Source of the DNA: Kiritimatiellia bacterium
GTDB lineage: Bacteria; Verrucomicrobiota; Kiritimatiellia; RFP12; JBMNHG01
Assembly: GCA_050950285.1 (NCBI GenBank)
Contig: JBMNHG010000002.1
Span: forward strand, 1,061,680 to 1,081,679
Length of the DNA stretch: 20,000 bases
Reading direction: 5' to 3'
This document shows, one piece after another, positions 7,186 through 17,054 of the stretch. The translations under genes and the position numbers were made by a program. A model generated the notes under the pieces. The model was not told the DNA's origin, did not search any database, and saw only the letters and a list, made by a program, of their open reading frames with translations. The first letter of the stretch is position 1, and each line of letters starts with the position of its first letter.

Positions 7186-8037
7186 TCATCCCCTCTGGCG
7201 GACGGCCTCGTAGAGGACCAGGGCGCCCGCGACCGCGGCGTTGAGCGAGGAGACCTTGCCCCCCATCGGGATGGAGATGATCCGATCGCAGGTTTCGCGC
7301 ACGAGGCGACCGAGGCCGTCCCCCTCGCTGCCCACCACCAGCACGCACCGGCCTTTCAAGTCGGCCTTCGTGTAGGTCGTCGCATCCTCGCCCACGTCGA
7401 GACCGTTCACCCAGGCGCCGGCGTCTTTCAGGTCGCGCAGGGCGCGGGCGAGGTTGACCACCTTCGCCACGCGCATGTGCTCGGAGGCTCCGGCGGAGGC
7501 GCGGGTGGCGGCGGGGGTCACGCCGGCGGCGCGATCTTCGGGGAGGATCACGGCGGTCGCGCCGGCGGCGTCCGCCGACCGCAGCAGCGATCCCACGTTC
7601 TGCGGATCGGAGATGTGGTCGAGGGCGAGCACCAGCGCCTGGGCGTTCTCGCGGACGTCGTGCAACACCTGGTCGAAGCCCACGTACGGGAAACCGCCCA
7701 CCCGCATCGCCACGCCTTGATGGTTACCCCCCTGGGCGAGCTCGTCCAGTTCCTCGCGGGAGACGAGACGGAAAGGGATGCCGCGCGACTCCACGATGTC
7801 CCGGATTTCGGCAAGGCCCGAGGCCCCGCCGGCGCCTTCCGCAAGGCAGATCTGGTGGACGTGGCGACGGTTGGCGCAGAGGGTCTCCAGCACGGGCCGG
7901 CGGCCGTAGATCCAGTCGCCGCGCTCCCCGGCGTCCGTCCGCGGCGCATCCTTCCCTCCGGGACGCCGCCACGCTTCCTTCTCCTTCCAGCGGCGCGCCG
8001 GAGGCCTGCCGCCCCGTTTCCCAAAGCTCGATGTCAT
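7186..8037 (-). CDS. rlmB: 23S rRNA (Gm2251)-2'-O-methyltransferase, TrmH family
   Basis: Start moved to ATG 8037. IYGRRPVLE, NHQGVA, LDHISDPQNVGSLLRSA, VVGSEGDGL, ISIPMGGKVSSLNAAVA. Confidence 0.92.
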   Translation of the reverse strand: MTSSFGKRGGRPPARRWKEKEAWRRPGGKDAPRTDAGERGDWIYGRRPVLETLCANRRHVHQICLAEGAGGASGLAEIRDIVESRGIPFRLVSREELDELAQGGNHQGVAMRVGGFPYVGFDQVLHDVRENAQALVLALDHISDPQNVGSLLRSADAAGATAVILPEDRAAGVTPAATRASAGASEHMRVAKVVNLARALRDLKDAGAWVNGLDVGEDATTYTKADLKGRCVLVVGSEGDGLGRLVRETCDRIISIPMGGKVSSLNAAVAGALVLYEAVRQRG

Positions 8038-8043
8038 GCCGCC

Positions 8044-8073
8044 AGTATAGCGAACCCCTCCCGGAAGCGGCAA
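8044..8073 (-). promoter_or_regulatory. Sigma-70-type promoter of rlmB, probably leaderless
   Basis: Minus strand TTGCCG, 18 bp, TATACT, then only 6 nt to the ATG at 8037. Confidence 0.6.
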
Positions 8074-8128
8074 GCCGCTCCGATCGTGTCCGGGTGGTTT
8101 GAGGAGGCCTTCGGATTTCAAAAATCGC

Positions 8129-8157
8129 TTGCATGGGCGAGGTCGGCATACTATCAT
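8129..8157 (+). promoter_or_regulatory. Sigma-70-type promoter of the ABC/MoxR cluster
   Basis: TTGCAT (8129-8134), 17 bp, TATCAT (8152-8157), in the divergent intergenic region. Confidence 0.55.
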
Positions 8158-8227
8158 TGACCGATCATCGAAAACTATCCCATGTAGCCCGGACAGGGGC
8201 GAATGGGGGATTTGAGGTGCTTTGGCA

Positions 8228-8968
8228 ATGCTGAACGCAAGCAATCTGACAAAAAATTTCGGGCCGATCCAAGCGGTTCGGGGCATCTCCTTTTCCGTGG
8301 AGAAAGGGGAAGTGCTGGGATTCCTGGGGCCAAACGGCGCGGGCAAGTCCACGACCATGCGCATCATCACGGGCTTCCTCCCCCCGACGGAGGGCACCGC
8401 CTCGATCTGCGGGCATGACATCCTCGAAGAGCCGGTCGAGGCGAAAAGCCACCTCGGCTACCTGCCCGAGAATGCGCCGAGCTATCGGGCGATGACCGTT
8501 ACCGGCTTCCTGGACTTCGTCGCCGACGTGCACGGCTTCCGGGGCAGCGAGAAGCGCGACCGCGTGGAGGACGCAATCCGCAAGTGCCACATCGAAAGCG
8601 TGCGCAACCGCGTGATCGACGAACTCTCGAAGGGCTACCGCCAGCGCACGTGCTTCGCCCAGGCGATTCTCCACGACCCGGAAGTGCTCGTCATGGACGA
8701 GCCCACCGACGGGCTGGATCCCAACCAGAAGCACGTGGTGCGCGAGATGATCCGGGCGATGGGCGAGGACAAGGCCATCATCCTTTCGACCCACATCCTC
8801 GAGGAAGTGGACGCCGTCTGCACCCGCGCCATCATCATCGCGGAGGGCCGGATCGTCGCGAACGGGACGCCCGCCGAACTTCGGGCCATGGACCCGCAGG
8901 GCCGCCTGGACGTGGTCTTCCGCACGCTGACCATGGGCGGCGCCGAGGAGGAATCCCGCCATGTGTAG
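8228..8968 (+). CDS. ABC-2 type transporter ATP-binding protein (GldA-like)
   Basis: Walker A GPNGAGKST, signature LSKGYRQR, Walker B VLVMDEPT, STH switch; SD GAGGTG 8 nt before ATG 8228. Confidence 0.93.
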   Translation: MLNASNLTKNFGPIQAVRGISFSVEKGEVLGFLGPNGAGKSTTMRIITGFLPPTEGTASICGHDILEEPVEAKSHLGYLPENAPSYRAMTVTGFLDFVADVHGFRGSEKRDRVEDAIRKCHIESVRNRVIDELSKGYRQRTCFAQAILHDPEVLVMDEPTDGLDPNQKHVVREMIRAMGEDKAIILSTHILEEVDAVCTRAIIIAEGRIVANGTPAELRAMDPQGRLDVVFRTLTMGGAEEESRHV

Positions 8969-9704
8969 CGCAAAACGTGTATCCGCCATCTTCCGCCGCG
9001 AGATGCGGGCGTACTTCACTTCGCCCGTCGCCTACGTGTTCCTCGTGGCCTTCCTGCTGCTGATCGGCTTCCTCACCTTCTCGGTGACGATGTTCTACGA
9101 GCGCCGCGACGCCAACCTGGCCTACTTCTTCATGTGGCATCCCTGGGTGTACCTGCTCCTCGTGCCGGCCGCGACCATGGGATTGTGGGCGGAGGAGCGC
9201 CGTTCCGGCACGATCGAGCTTCTGCTCACGCTGCCCATTACGTTGACCGAGACGCTGATCGGGAAGTTCCTCGCCGCCTGGGCCTTCATCGGCATCGCGC
9301 TGGCGCTCACCTTCCCCGTCGTCGCCACCACGGTGTGGCTCGGCTCGCCCGACATGGGCGCGATCGCCTGCGGCTACTTGGGCTCCTTCCTGATGGCGGG
9401 CGCCTGCGTGGCGATCGGAACGCTCGCCTCGGCCCTCACGCGAAGCCAGGTGGTGGGCTTCGTGCTGGCCCTGTCCGCATGCCTCGTGTTGATCCTCGCC
9501 GGCTTCGAGCCCGTGCTCCGCTACTTCGAAGGGTGGGCGCCCCGCGTGCTGGTGGACGCCGTGGCCGCATGCAGCCTGCTCACCCACTTCGAATCGCTGC
9601 AGCGCGGCGTCGTGGACTTGCGCGACGTGACCTACTTCGCAAGCGTGATGGTCTTCGCGCTGGCGGCGGCCCACTTGGCCGTAAACACCCGGAAGGCGGC
9701 CTAG
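8961..9704 (+). CDS. ABC-2 type permease (GldF-like)
   Basis: REMRAYFTSPVAY, AEERRSGTIELLLTLP, GKFLA, about six hydrophobic segments; overlaps the stop of the ATPase gene. Confidence 0.92.
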   Translation: MCSAKRVSAIFRREMRAYFTSPVAYVFLVAFLLLIGFLTFSVTMFYERRDANLAYFFMWHPWVYLLLVPAATMGLWAEERRSGTIELLLTLPITLTETLIGKFLAAWAFIGIALALTFPVVATTVWLGSPDMGAIACGYLGSFLMAGACVAIGTLASALTRSQVVGFVLALSACLVLILAGFEPVLRYFEGWAPRVLVDAVAACSLLTHFESLQRGVVDLRDVTYFASVMVFALAAAHLAVNTRKAA

Positions 9705-9735
9705 CCGGGCCTCGCAGACAAGGAGATTCCCCATC

Positions 9736-11628
9736 ATGCAATGCCGTTGCAAACAGTTCGCGAAGATCGGTTCGGGCCTTGTCGGCCTCGCCGTCCTGCT
9801 GGTGGCCCTCGGCGCCCTCAACGCCGTGGTCGGCAACCTGCGCCTTCGCCATGATTTCACCGAAGAGAAGCTCTACACGCTCTCCGACGGTTCCCGCGCC
9901 GTTCTGTCCAAACTGCCGTCGGACGTGGTGCTGAAGCTCTATTTCAGCCGTTCGATGGGCGAAGTCCCCACCATCCTCAAGACCTATGCCGACCACGTCG
10001 AAGACCTGTTGAAAGAGTACGAACTCGCCAGCAAGGGGCGCGTGACGGTCGAGACCTACGACCCGAAGCCCGACTCGGACGAAGAGGAGTGGGCGCTCAA
10101 ATACGGCATCAGCCCGCAACCCGTGAACGCCTACGGCGAGGCGATGTACTTCGGCATCGTAGCCGCGGGCGAAACCGCCGAGGAGGTCATCCCCGCCCTC
10201 TCCCCGCGCGGCGAGGCTACCCTCGAATACGAGATCACCCGCATGATCTCCCGCGCCGTGAACGCGGAAAAGCCGGTGCTGGGCGTCCTGAGCCCGCTCC
10301 CGGTGCTGGGCGACACCCCGCCGGCGATGATGGGCATGCCGCCACGGCGGCGTGCGCCCGCCTGGGTAGCCTTCGGCGAACTCCAGCGCGACTACGACGT
10401 GCGCACCGTGCCCGTGGACGCGGCCGAAATCCCTGCGGACGTCACCACCCTCCTCCTCGTCCACCCGCGCGACCTCTCCGACGCCACGCTCTACGCCATC
10501 GACCAGTTCGCCCTGCGCGGCGGCCGCATCCTCGCCCTCGTCGACCCCTTCTCCATCGCCGAACTCGCGTCGAAGGCGGACGACCCGGCCGCGATGTACG
10601 GCGGCGCGGACGGTCCCTCCACCCTCGGGAAGCTCTTCGACGCCTGGGGCATCGGCTTCGACACCTCGAAGGTGGTCGCGGACCTGCGCGCCGTCACCAC
10701 CATCGGCGGCGGCGGACACGCCGAAGAAAGCCCCGTCGTCCTCTCGCTCACCTCCCGCAACCTCTCCCGCGACGCCCTCCTGACCTCCCGCCTGGACCAG
10801 ATGCTGCTGGTCTTCGCCGGCGAGATCGTGGACCGTACCCCGGACGGCGTGGAGTTCGAGCCCCTCATCGTCTCCTCCGACTCCGCCTGCCTGGTGGATG
10901 CCTTCGGAGCCCGCGCCGGAATGCAGGCCATCCGCGCGCAGCTCCGCCCGGACCAGCAGAAACACGTGCTCGCAGCCCGCGTGAACGGCGTCCTCCCCTC
11001 CGCCTTCCCCGACGGGCCCCCCGCGCCGGCGGACACCAACGCGCCGCCCGCCACGGCGGAGCACCTCGCGCAAGGAACCGCACCCGCCGCGCTGATCGTG
11101 GTGGGCGACGCCGACTTCCTTTCGGACGACGCCGCCGTGCAGCGCATCAACATCGGCTTCGGAATGCAGGCGGCCCAGCCTCGCAACGACAACCTGGCCT
11201 TCTTCCTCAACGCCGTGGAGCAGGTCTCCGGCAACCAGGACCTCATCGCCATCCGCTCGCGCGGCCGCTTCAACCGCCCCTTCGACCGGGTGGACGACCT
11301 CGAGGCCAAGGCCCGCGCCGTCTACCAGGAGCAGGAGGAGCAGCTCAGCCGGAAGCTGATGGAAACCCGCCGCCAGATCGTCGACCTCCAGCGCCAGAAG
11401 GAGGGCAACCAGGCGCTCATCCTCTCGAAGGAGCAGCAGGACGCCATCGACACCTTCCGTGCCACCGAAATCGAAACCCACCGCCAGCTGCGCGAAGTGC
11501 GCAAGAACCTGCGCAAGGACATCGACACCCTGGGCGTGAAGGTCAAATTCGTGAACATCGCCCTCATGCCGATCCTCGTCGTCCTCGTCGGCATCGGCGT
11601 CGCCATCGCGCGGCGGCAGCGCACCTGA
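9736..11628 (+). CDS. GldG-like ABC auxiliary component
   Basis: N-terminal TM, DFTEEKLYTLS, LEYEITRMI, AIDQFALRGG, VVGDADFL, C-terminal coiled coil and TM; SD AGGAG upstream. Confidence 0.88.
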   Translation: MQCRCKQFAKIGSGLVGLAVLLVALGALNAVVGNLRLRHDFTEEKLYTLSDGSRAVLSKLPSDVVLKLYFSRSMGEVPTILKTYADHVEDLLKEYELASKGRVTVETYDPKPDSDEEEWALKYGISPQPVNAYGEAMYFGIVAAGETAEEVIPALSPRGEATLEYEITRMISRAVNAEKPVLGVLSPLPVLGDTPPAMMGMPPRRRAPAWVAFGELQRDYDVRTVPVDAAEIPADVTTLLLVHPRDLSDATLYAIDQFALRGGRILALVDPFSIAELASKADDPAAMYGGADGPSTLGKLFDAWGIGFDTSKVVADLRAVTTIGGGGHAEESPVVLSLTSRNLSRDALLTSRLDQMLLVFAGEIVDRTPDGVEFEPLIVSSDSACLVDAFGARAGMQAIRAQLRPDQQKHVLAARVNGVLPSAFPDGPPAPADTNAPPATAEHLAQGTAPAALIVVGDADFLSDDAAVQRINIGFGMQAAQPRNDNLAFFLNAVEQVSGNQDLIAIRSRGRFNRPFDRVDDLEAKARAVYQEQEEQLSRKLMETRRQIVDLQRQKEGNQALILSKEQQDAIDTFRATEIETHRQLREVRKNLRKDIDTLGVKVKFVNIALMPILVVLVGIGVAIARRQRT

Positions 11629-11673
11629 TCGCGCCGGGACTTCGCAGAACCGCAAGAACCACTTGGACATCCC

Positions 11674-12753
11674 ATGAAATCAAAATCGCTGATCCTCCTG
11701 ATTGCACTCGCCGCCGTGCTTCTGGCACTGGCGAAATTCACCTCCGGCAACCGCCGCGCGAAGACGCCCCCGGTGGCCGGCGAACCCGTCTTCCCCTCGC
11801 TCGACTTGAGCCAGGTGCGCGCGGTGGAGATCGCCGCGGAGGGGCAGGTGCTCCGCATCGAGCAGCAGGGAGACGCCTGGGCCGTCACCAACGTCTTCGG
11901 CTACCCCGCCGACCTCGCGCGCCTCCGCCCCGCGCTCATCGCGCTCGGCGACCTGAAGATCGGCCACCGCCAGCCCGGCGGGGCGATCGACCCCGCGAGC
12001 GCGACCTCCGTCGCGATCTTCGGCGAAAACGGCGCGCCGCTCGCCGGCCTCGTTCTCGGCGGCATGCGGGAATCCACGCAACAGCAGGCGACCCCCTACG
12101 GCATGATGGGGATGGGAGCCGACGGGCGCTACATCTCGCGCGCCGATTCCAGCGACGTCTTCCTCGTGAAGGAAACCCTCGGCGAATTCGTGCCCTCGGC
12201 GATGGCGTGGATCGACCCCTCGCTGCTCTCCGTGCCCGCGGCCGACCTCGCCCGGATCGAGATGGCCGCCCCCGACGGCGCCACCCTCGCCTTCGACCGC
12301 TCCTCCGGCACGCTGGAGATGGAGGGCCTTGCGGAAGGCGAGGAGTTCGACGCCTCGAAATCCTATGGCATCGAGTCCGCCTTCGCCTATCTGCGCCTCT
12401 CCGGCGTGGCCGACCCCGCGCTGGACGACGCCGCAACCGGCCTCGCCGACGACGACGCCCACCGCTTCGCCGCCACCACGAAGGACGGAACCACCTACAC
12501 CGCCACCATCGGCGCCACGGTGCCAGGCGGAAGCGACCGCTACCTTCGCCTCGACATCGACCCCGGCACCAACGCGGTCCCCGCCGGACTTGCCGCAAAA
12601 CGAAAGCTCTTCGAGACCTTTACCTTCCACGTCCCCGCCCACGCGGCCCAGAACATGGTGCGCTCCCGAACCGACCTGCTGAAGGCGCCACCCCCGCCCG
12701 CGGCGGAAGCCGAACCCCCCGCAACCCAGCCCACCGCCCAGGAAGAGGAATAA
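11674..12753 (+). CDS. DUF4340-like membrane-anchored protein
   Basis: N-terminal anchor, W..GYPAD motif, and the usual position after GldG-like genes. Confidence 0.7.
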   Translation: MKSKSLILLIALAAVLLALAKFTSGNRRAKTPPVAGEPVFPSLDLSQVRAVEIAAEGQVLRIEQQGDAWAVTNVFGYPADLARLRPALIALGDLKIGHRQPGGAIDPASATSVAIFGENGAPLAGLVLGGMRESTQQQATPYGMMGMGADGRYISRADSSDVFLVKETLGEFVPSAMAWIDPSLLSVPAADLARIEMAAPDGATLAFDRSSGTLEMEGLAEGEEFDASKSYGIESAFAYLRLSGVADPALDDAATGLADDDAHRFAATTKDGTTYTATIGATVPGGSDRYLRLDIDPGTNAVPAGLAAKRKLFETFTFHVPAHAAQNMVRSRTDLLKAPPPPAAEAEPPATQPTAQEEE

Positions 12754-12757
12754 GCCG

Positions 12758-13741
12758 TTGAACATCCCGACCGCCACCCATGCCGTCGCCGAGCAGGCCG
12801 CCGTGCTCGAACGCCTCCGGAACGAAATCAACAAGGTGCTTGTCGGCCAGGAAAAACTGGTCGACCGCCTTCTCATCGCCCTCATGACCGGCGGGCACAT
12901 CCTCCTCGAAGGCGTGCCCGGCCTCGCGAAGACCACCGCCGTGCGCGCCCTCGCCGGTTCCCTCGGCCTCCAGTTCCAGCGCATCTCCTTCACGCCCGAC
13001 CTGCTCCCTGCGGACGTCATCGGCACCGAGATCTACAATCCCAAAGACGGCACCTTCACCCCGAAAAAGGGCCCCGTCTTCACGAACCTCCTGCTCGCGG
13101 ACGAAATCAACCGCGCGCCGGCGAAGGTCCAAAGCGCCCTCCTGGAGGCCATGCAGGAACGCCAGGTGACCATCGCGGACACCACCTATCCCCTGCCCGA
13201 CCCCTTCCTCGTGATGGCCACGCAGAACCCCATCGAGCAGAAGGGCACCTACCCGCTGCCCGAAGCGCAGATCGACCGCTTCATGCTGAAGTGCGTGGTG
13301 GACTATCCGTCGCGAGACGACGAGCGCCGCATCCTGAACCGCTTCACCCGCCCCGCCGTCGCGAAGATCGAAGCGGTGGTCTCCGCCGAGGAGATCGCCG
13401 CCCTGCGCGCCGCCTTCGACGAGGTCTACCTCGACGAGAAGGTGGGCGAATACATCCTCGACATCGTCTTCGCCACCCGCTACCCCTCGAAGGCCGGGCT
13501 CCCCGGCCTCGCCACCCAGATCGAGATGGGCGGCTCGCCGCGCGCCACGCTCTACCTCGCCCTCGCCGCGCGCGGCAACGCCCTCCTCAAAGGCCGCGCC
13601 TACACCACGCCGCAGGATGTGAAGGAGATCGCCCACGACGTCCTCCGCCACCGCATCCTGACCACGTACGAGGCCGAGGCCGAAAACGTCTCCCCCGACC
13701 AGATCATCGACACGATCCTCTCGACGATCCCGGTGCCATGA
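12758..13741 (+). CDS. moxR: MoxR-family AAA+ ATPase
   Basis: TTG start after GAGGA; GHILLEGVPGLAKT, RISFTPDLLPAD, LLADEINRAP, MATQNPIEQ, LRHR. Confidence 0.95.
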   Translation: MNIPTATHAVAEQAAVLERLRNEINKVLVGQEKLVDRLLIALMTGGHILLEGVPGLAKTTAVRALAGSLGLQFQRISFTPDLLPADVIGTEIYNPKDGTFTPKKGPVFTNLLLADEINRAPAKVQSALLEAMQERQVTIADTTYPLPDPFLVMATQNPIEQKGTYPLPEAQIDRFMLKCVVDYPSRDDERRILNRFTRPAVAKIEAVVSAEEIAALRAAFDEVYLDEKVGEYILDIVFATRYPSKAGLPGLATQIEMGGSPRATLYLALAARGNALLKGRAYTTPQDVKEIAHDVLRHRILTTYEAEAENVSPDQIIDTILSTIPVP

Positions 13742-13784
13742 CCCCCGCCAGACGCACCACCCGAGGCTCGGAAGCATCCGGAAC

Positions 13785-14687
13785 ATGGCGATCGATGTAA
13801 AAGAACTGATGGCGAAGGTCGGGAAGATCCAGCTCCTGACACGACGCCTCGTGGACGACGAACTCTCGGGCGAGTACCAGTCCAGCTTCAAGGGACAAGG
13901 CATCGAGTTCGACGAGGTGCGCGCCTACGTCCCCGGCGACGACGTGCGGTCGATCGACTGGAACGTCACCGCCCGCACCGGCTACCCGCACGTGAAACGC
14001 TATGCGGAGGAGCGCGAGCTCACCATGCTCTTCCTGGTGGACGTCTCCGGCTCCCAGGGCTTCGGTTCCCGCGACCGCCCGAAATCCGAACTCGCCGCGC
14101 TGCTCGCCTGCGTGCTGGCCATGGTCGCCGTCCGGAACGAGGACAACGTGGGCCTCATCGGCTTCTCCGACCGCATCGTGAAGACGGTCCCCGCCCGGAA
14201 GGGCCGCACGGCCGTGATGCGCCTCGTGCGCGACATGCTCGCCATGGAAGGGACGCGGCACGGAACCGACATCGCCGCCGCGCTCCGCTTCCTCAACAAC
14301 GCGCAGAAGCGCCGGGCGCTCGTCTTCGTCATCTCCGACTTCCAGGCCCCCGACTTCGAACACGAACTCCGCACCACCCTCCACCGCCACGACGTGGTCG
14401 CCCTTGCGGTGGACGACCCCGCAGAATCCGCCCTCCCCGACGTCGGAATCGTCGAGATGGAAGATTCGGAAACCGGCGGGCTCTTCACCGTGGACACCTC
14501 GTCCCGCGCCGTCCGCGACGCCTTCGCCGCGAACGCCGCCGCCGCCCGCGACGCGCGGACCCGCCTCTTCCACCGCATCGGCGTGGATTCCGAGGCCTTC
14601 CTCACCACCGATTCCGACGACGCCGTCCTGGCCAAGATCCGCGGGCTCTTCGCGCGACGCGCCTACCACGAGGGGAGACGCTCGTAA
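13785..14687 (+). CDS. DUF58 family protein (vWA-like MoxR partner)
   Basis: GIEFDEVRAYVPGDDVRSIDWNVTAR, LVDVSGS, VISDF. Confidence 0.93.
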   Translation: MAIDVKELMAKVGKIQLLTRRLVDDELSGEYQSSFKGQGIEFDEVRAYVPGDDVRSIDWNVTARTGYPHVKRYAEERELTMLFLVDVSGSQGFGSRDRPKSELAALLACVLAMVAVRNEDNVGLIGFSDRIVKTVPARKGRTAVMRLVRDMLAMEGTRHGTDIAAALRFLNNAQKRRALVFVISDFQAPDFEHELRTTLHRHDVVALAVDDPAESALPDVGIVEMEDSETGGLFTVDTSSRAVRDAFAANAAAARDARTRLFHRIGVDSEAFLTTDSDDAVLAKIRGLFARRAYHEGRRS

Positions 14688-14721
14688 CCCCGGCGTCGCC
14701 CGCCCCGCCGGAATCCTCCGC

Positions 14722-15537
14722 ATGGACGCCCGCCCTTCCAGCGAAAGCGCGCCGCCCGAAGGCGCCTCCCCGCCCCCCGCCGCGTGGGAAGAGGCCGAAA
14801 AGCGCCTGCGCCGCATCGAAGCCGCCTGGGAAAAGCCCGCGCGGCGCGTCCGGGCCATCCTCGAATGCCGCAACTGGATGGAAGAGCAAGGCGCGACGCC
14901 GCATCTCCCCGCCCTCGCGCGCCTGCTGTCCCCGGAGATGGACCGCAGGGCGCTGTGGTGCGCCCTCGCGCCCGTGGAACGCGCGGCGGCCCGACGGCGC
15001 GTGACGGACCTCGACCTGCTGGAAAACGACCTCCCGCCCGGAACCGGACCCGCGGCGCCCCCGCTTCCGCTCACGGTCGTCGCCGACGACCTCCGCTCCG
15101 CCTTCAACCTCGGCGGCATCCTCCGGACGGCGGAATGCTTCGGGTGCGAGGCGGTCTGGACGTGCGGATACACCGCCGAAGCCTCCACGCCGCAGGTCGC
15201 GGCCGCCGCGATGGGCGCAGAACGCCTGGTGGCCACTCGCGCCTTCGCCCGCCTCGACGACGCCATCGACGCCCTTCACGCGCGCGGGGCAAAGGTCTTC
15301 GCCCTCGAGACGGTGCGCGACGCCGTGGACCTCGACTCCTTCGCCTGGGAGTTCCCATGCGGGCTTCTCCTCGGCAACGAACGCTTCGGCATCCGGCCCG
15401 ACGCCCTGGCCAAGGCCGACGCCATCGTCCGAATCCCGTTGCGGGGCCGCAAAAATTCTCTCAACGTGGCCTGCGCCTGCGCCATCGCGCTGGCGTCGGC
15501 CTCGCGCGCCTTCGCGACGCTCCCCCGGCCTTCCTGA
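14722..15537 (+). CDS. TrmH/SpoU-family RNA methyltransferase with N-terminal extension
   Basis: Start moved to ATG 14722 (track start overlaps DUF58). DDLRSAFNLGGILRTAE, LLGNERFGI, IPLRGRKNSLNVA. Confidence 0.85.
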   Translation: MDARPSSESAPPEGASPPPAAWEEAEKRLRRIEAAWEKPARRVRAILECRNWMEEQGATPHLPALARLLSPEMDRRALWCALAPVERAAARRRVTDLDLLENDLPPGTGPAAPPLPLTVVADDLRSAFNLGGILRTAECFGCEAVWTCGYTAEASTPQVAAAAMGAERLVATRAFARLDDAIDALHARGAKVFALETVRDAVDLDSFAWEFPCGLLLGNERFGIRPDALAKADAIVRIPLRGRKNSLNVACACAIALASASRAFATLPRPS

Positions 15538-15749
15538 AGCGCGACACCGCCCGACCCCGCAAACCCTCCGGCGCGGAGCGCGGCTTCCCGGTGTTTTCAC
15601 TTCCTTGCCCCGGAAGGATTGGGTATGATGGGGGGCAAACGTCCCGCCAAAACGCATGCGTCCCGCGTCCGATCGGGCGAGCCTGCCGATCGCCCCGCGG
15701 CAACCGATGCCCGACGCGCCCGCCACGCCAACCTCCACCCTCCATCGCC

Positions 15750-17054
15750 ATGTCCACCACCGACCTCAAAGCCGCCTACCGCACCATCCTGGCCGACCAC
15801 TTCGCACCCCGGATGGAAATCTCGTTCATCGGCGACGCCGGACGCCAGACCCTCTGCTACGAAAAGGTCGAGTGGACCATCGACGGCGAATCCAAGGGCC
15901 TCCGCTACGGCGAAAACCCCGGCCAGGAAGCCGCCCTCTACAAGCTCGTGAACGGCAACCTCGCCCTCGGCGATGTCGAGATGCTCCAGCCCGGACGATA
16001 CCTCGCCTCCGTCCCCGAACTCCTGCAAAGCGGCAAGCACCCCGGCAAGACGAACATCACCGACACCGACAACGCGCTGAACATCCTCCGCTACCTCATG
16101 GACAAGCCCTGCGCGGCGATCGTCAAGCACAACAACCCGTGCGGCGTCGCCATCGCCGACTCGCTCCCCGACGCCTACTTCCGCGCAAACAAGGCCGACC
16201 GCCTCGCCGCGTTCGGCGGCGCCATCGCCCTCAACCGCGAATGCGACCTCGAAACCGCGAAGCTCATCGGCGAGAACTACGCCGAGGTGGTCGCCGCCCC
16301 CGAGTTCGCGCCGGGCGTGATGGACCTCTTCGCCACGAAGAAGAACCTCCGCGTCTTCCGCATCCGCAACATGGCGCGCCTCGCCGACTTCGTCGCCAAG
16401 CACGTGGTGGACTTCAAGAGCCTCATCGACGGCGGCATCGTGGCGCAGACCTCCTTCTCCGCCAACGCCCGCAAGCCGTCCGACCTCCTGCCCGCCACCT
16501 GCACCCGCAAGATCACGGACAAGGCAACCGGGGCCGTCTCCTTCGAGGAGCACACGATCCAGCGCCTTCCCACCGAAGAGGAATACGAAGACCTGATCTT
16601 CGGATGGCTCGTCGAAGCCGGCGTCACCTCCAACTCCGTGCTCTACGTGAAAGACGGCGTGACCGTCGGCATCGGAACCGGCGAACAGGATCGCGTGGGC
16701 GTGGCCGAAATCGCCCGCGACAAGGCCTACACCAAGCACGCGGACTGGATCGCCTGGGAGAAGTTCCGCCTTCCGTACAACGACCTCCGCCTGAAGTTCG
16801 GCGAAGAAGACGGCGCACGCAAACAGGCCGGCATCATGGAGCAAACCCGCGCCGAGAAGGGCGGCCTCCCCGGCTGCGCGATGGTCTCCGACGCCTTCTT
16901 CCCCTTCCGCGACGGCGCCGAAGTCGGCATCCGCGAAGGCATCACGTCCATCGTCCAGCCCGGAGGCGCCATCCGCGACTGGGACGTGATCGACTGCTGC
17001 AACGAAGCCGGCGTCGCCATGGTCTTCACCGGACAGCGCTCCTTCAAACATTGA
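15750..17054 (+). CDS. purH: PurH-like AICAR transformylase domain protein without the N-terminal IMP cyclohydrolase domain
   Basis: Start at ATG 15750 (MSTTDLK). LRYGENPGQ at residues 51-59, [36 protein letters not shown]. Confidence 0.88.
   Translation: MSTTDLKAAYRTILADHFAPRMEISFIGDAGRQTLCYEKVEWTIDGESKGLRYGENPGQEAALYKLVNGNLALGDVEMLQPGRYLASVPELLQSGKHPGKTNITDTDNALNILRYLMDKPCAAIVKHNNPCGVAIADSLPDAYFRANKADRLAAFGGAIALNRECDLETAKLIGENYAEVVAAPEFAPGVMDLFATKKNLRVFRIRNMARLADFVAKHVVDFKSLIDGGIVAQTSFSANARKPSDLLPATCTRKITDKATGAVSFEEHTIQRLPTEEEYEDLIFGWLVEAGVTSNSVLYVKDGVTVGIGTGEQDRVGVAEIARDKAYTKHADWIAWEKFRLPYNDLRLKFGEEDGARKQAGIMEQTRAEKGGLPGCAMVSDAFFPFRDGAEVGIREGITSIVQPGGAIRDWDVIDCCNEAGVAMVFTGQRSFKH

Noticed and set aside
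8228..11628. Evidence for gliding motility
   Set aside because: GldA/F/G-like ABC modules are widespread in non-gliding bacteria and no other gliding or T9SS genes are in the window.
15538..15749. ZMP/ZTP riboswitch upstream of purH
   Set aside because: A hairpin (CGATCGG...CCGATCG) is present, but I could not find the conserved GACTGGCG and CGCCTGGGC elements; an Rfam scan would settle it.
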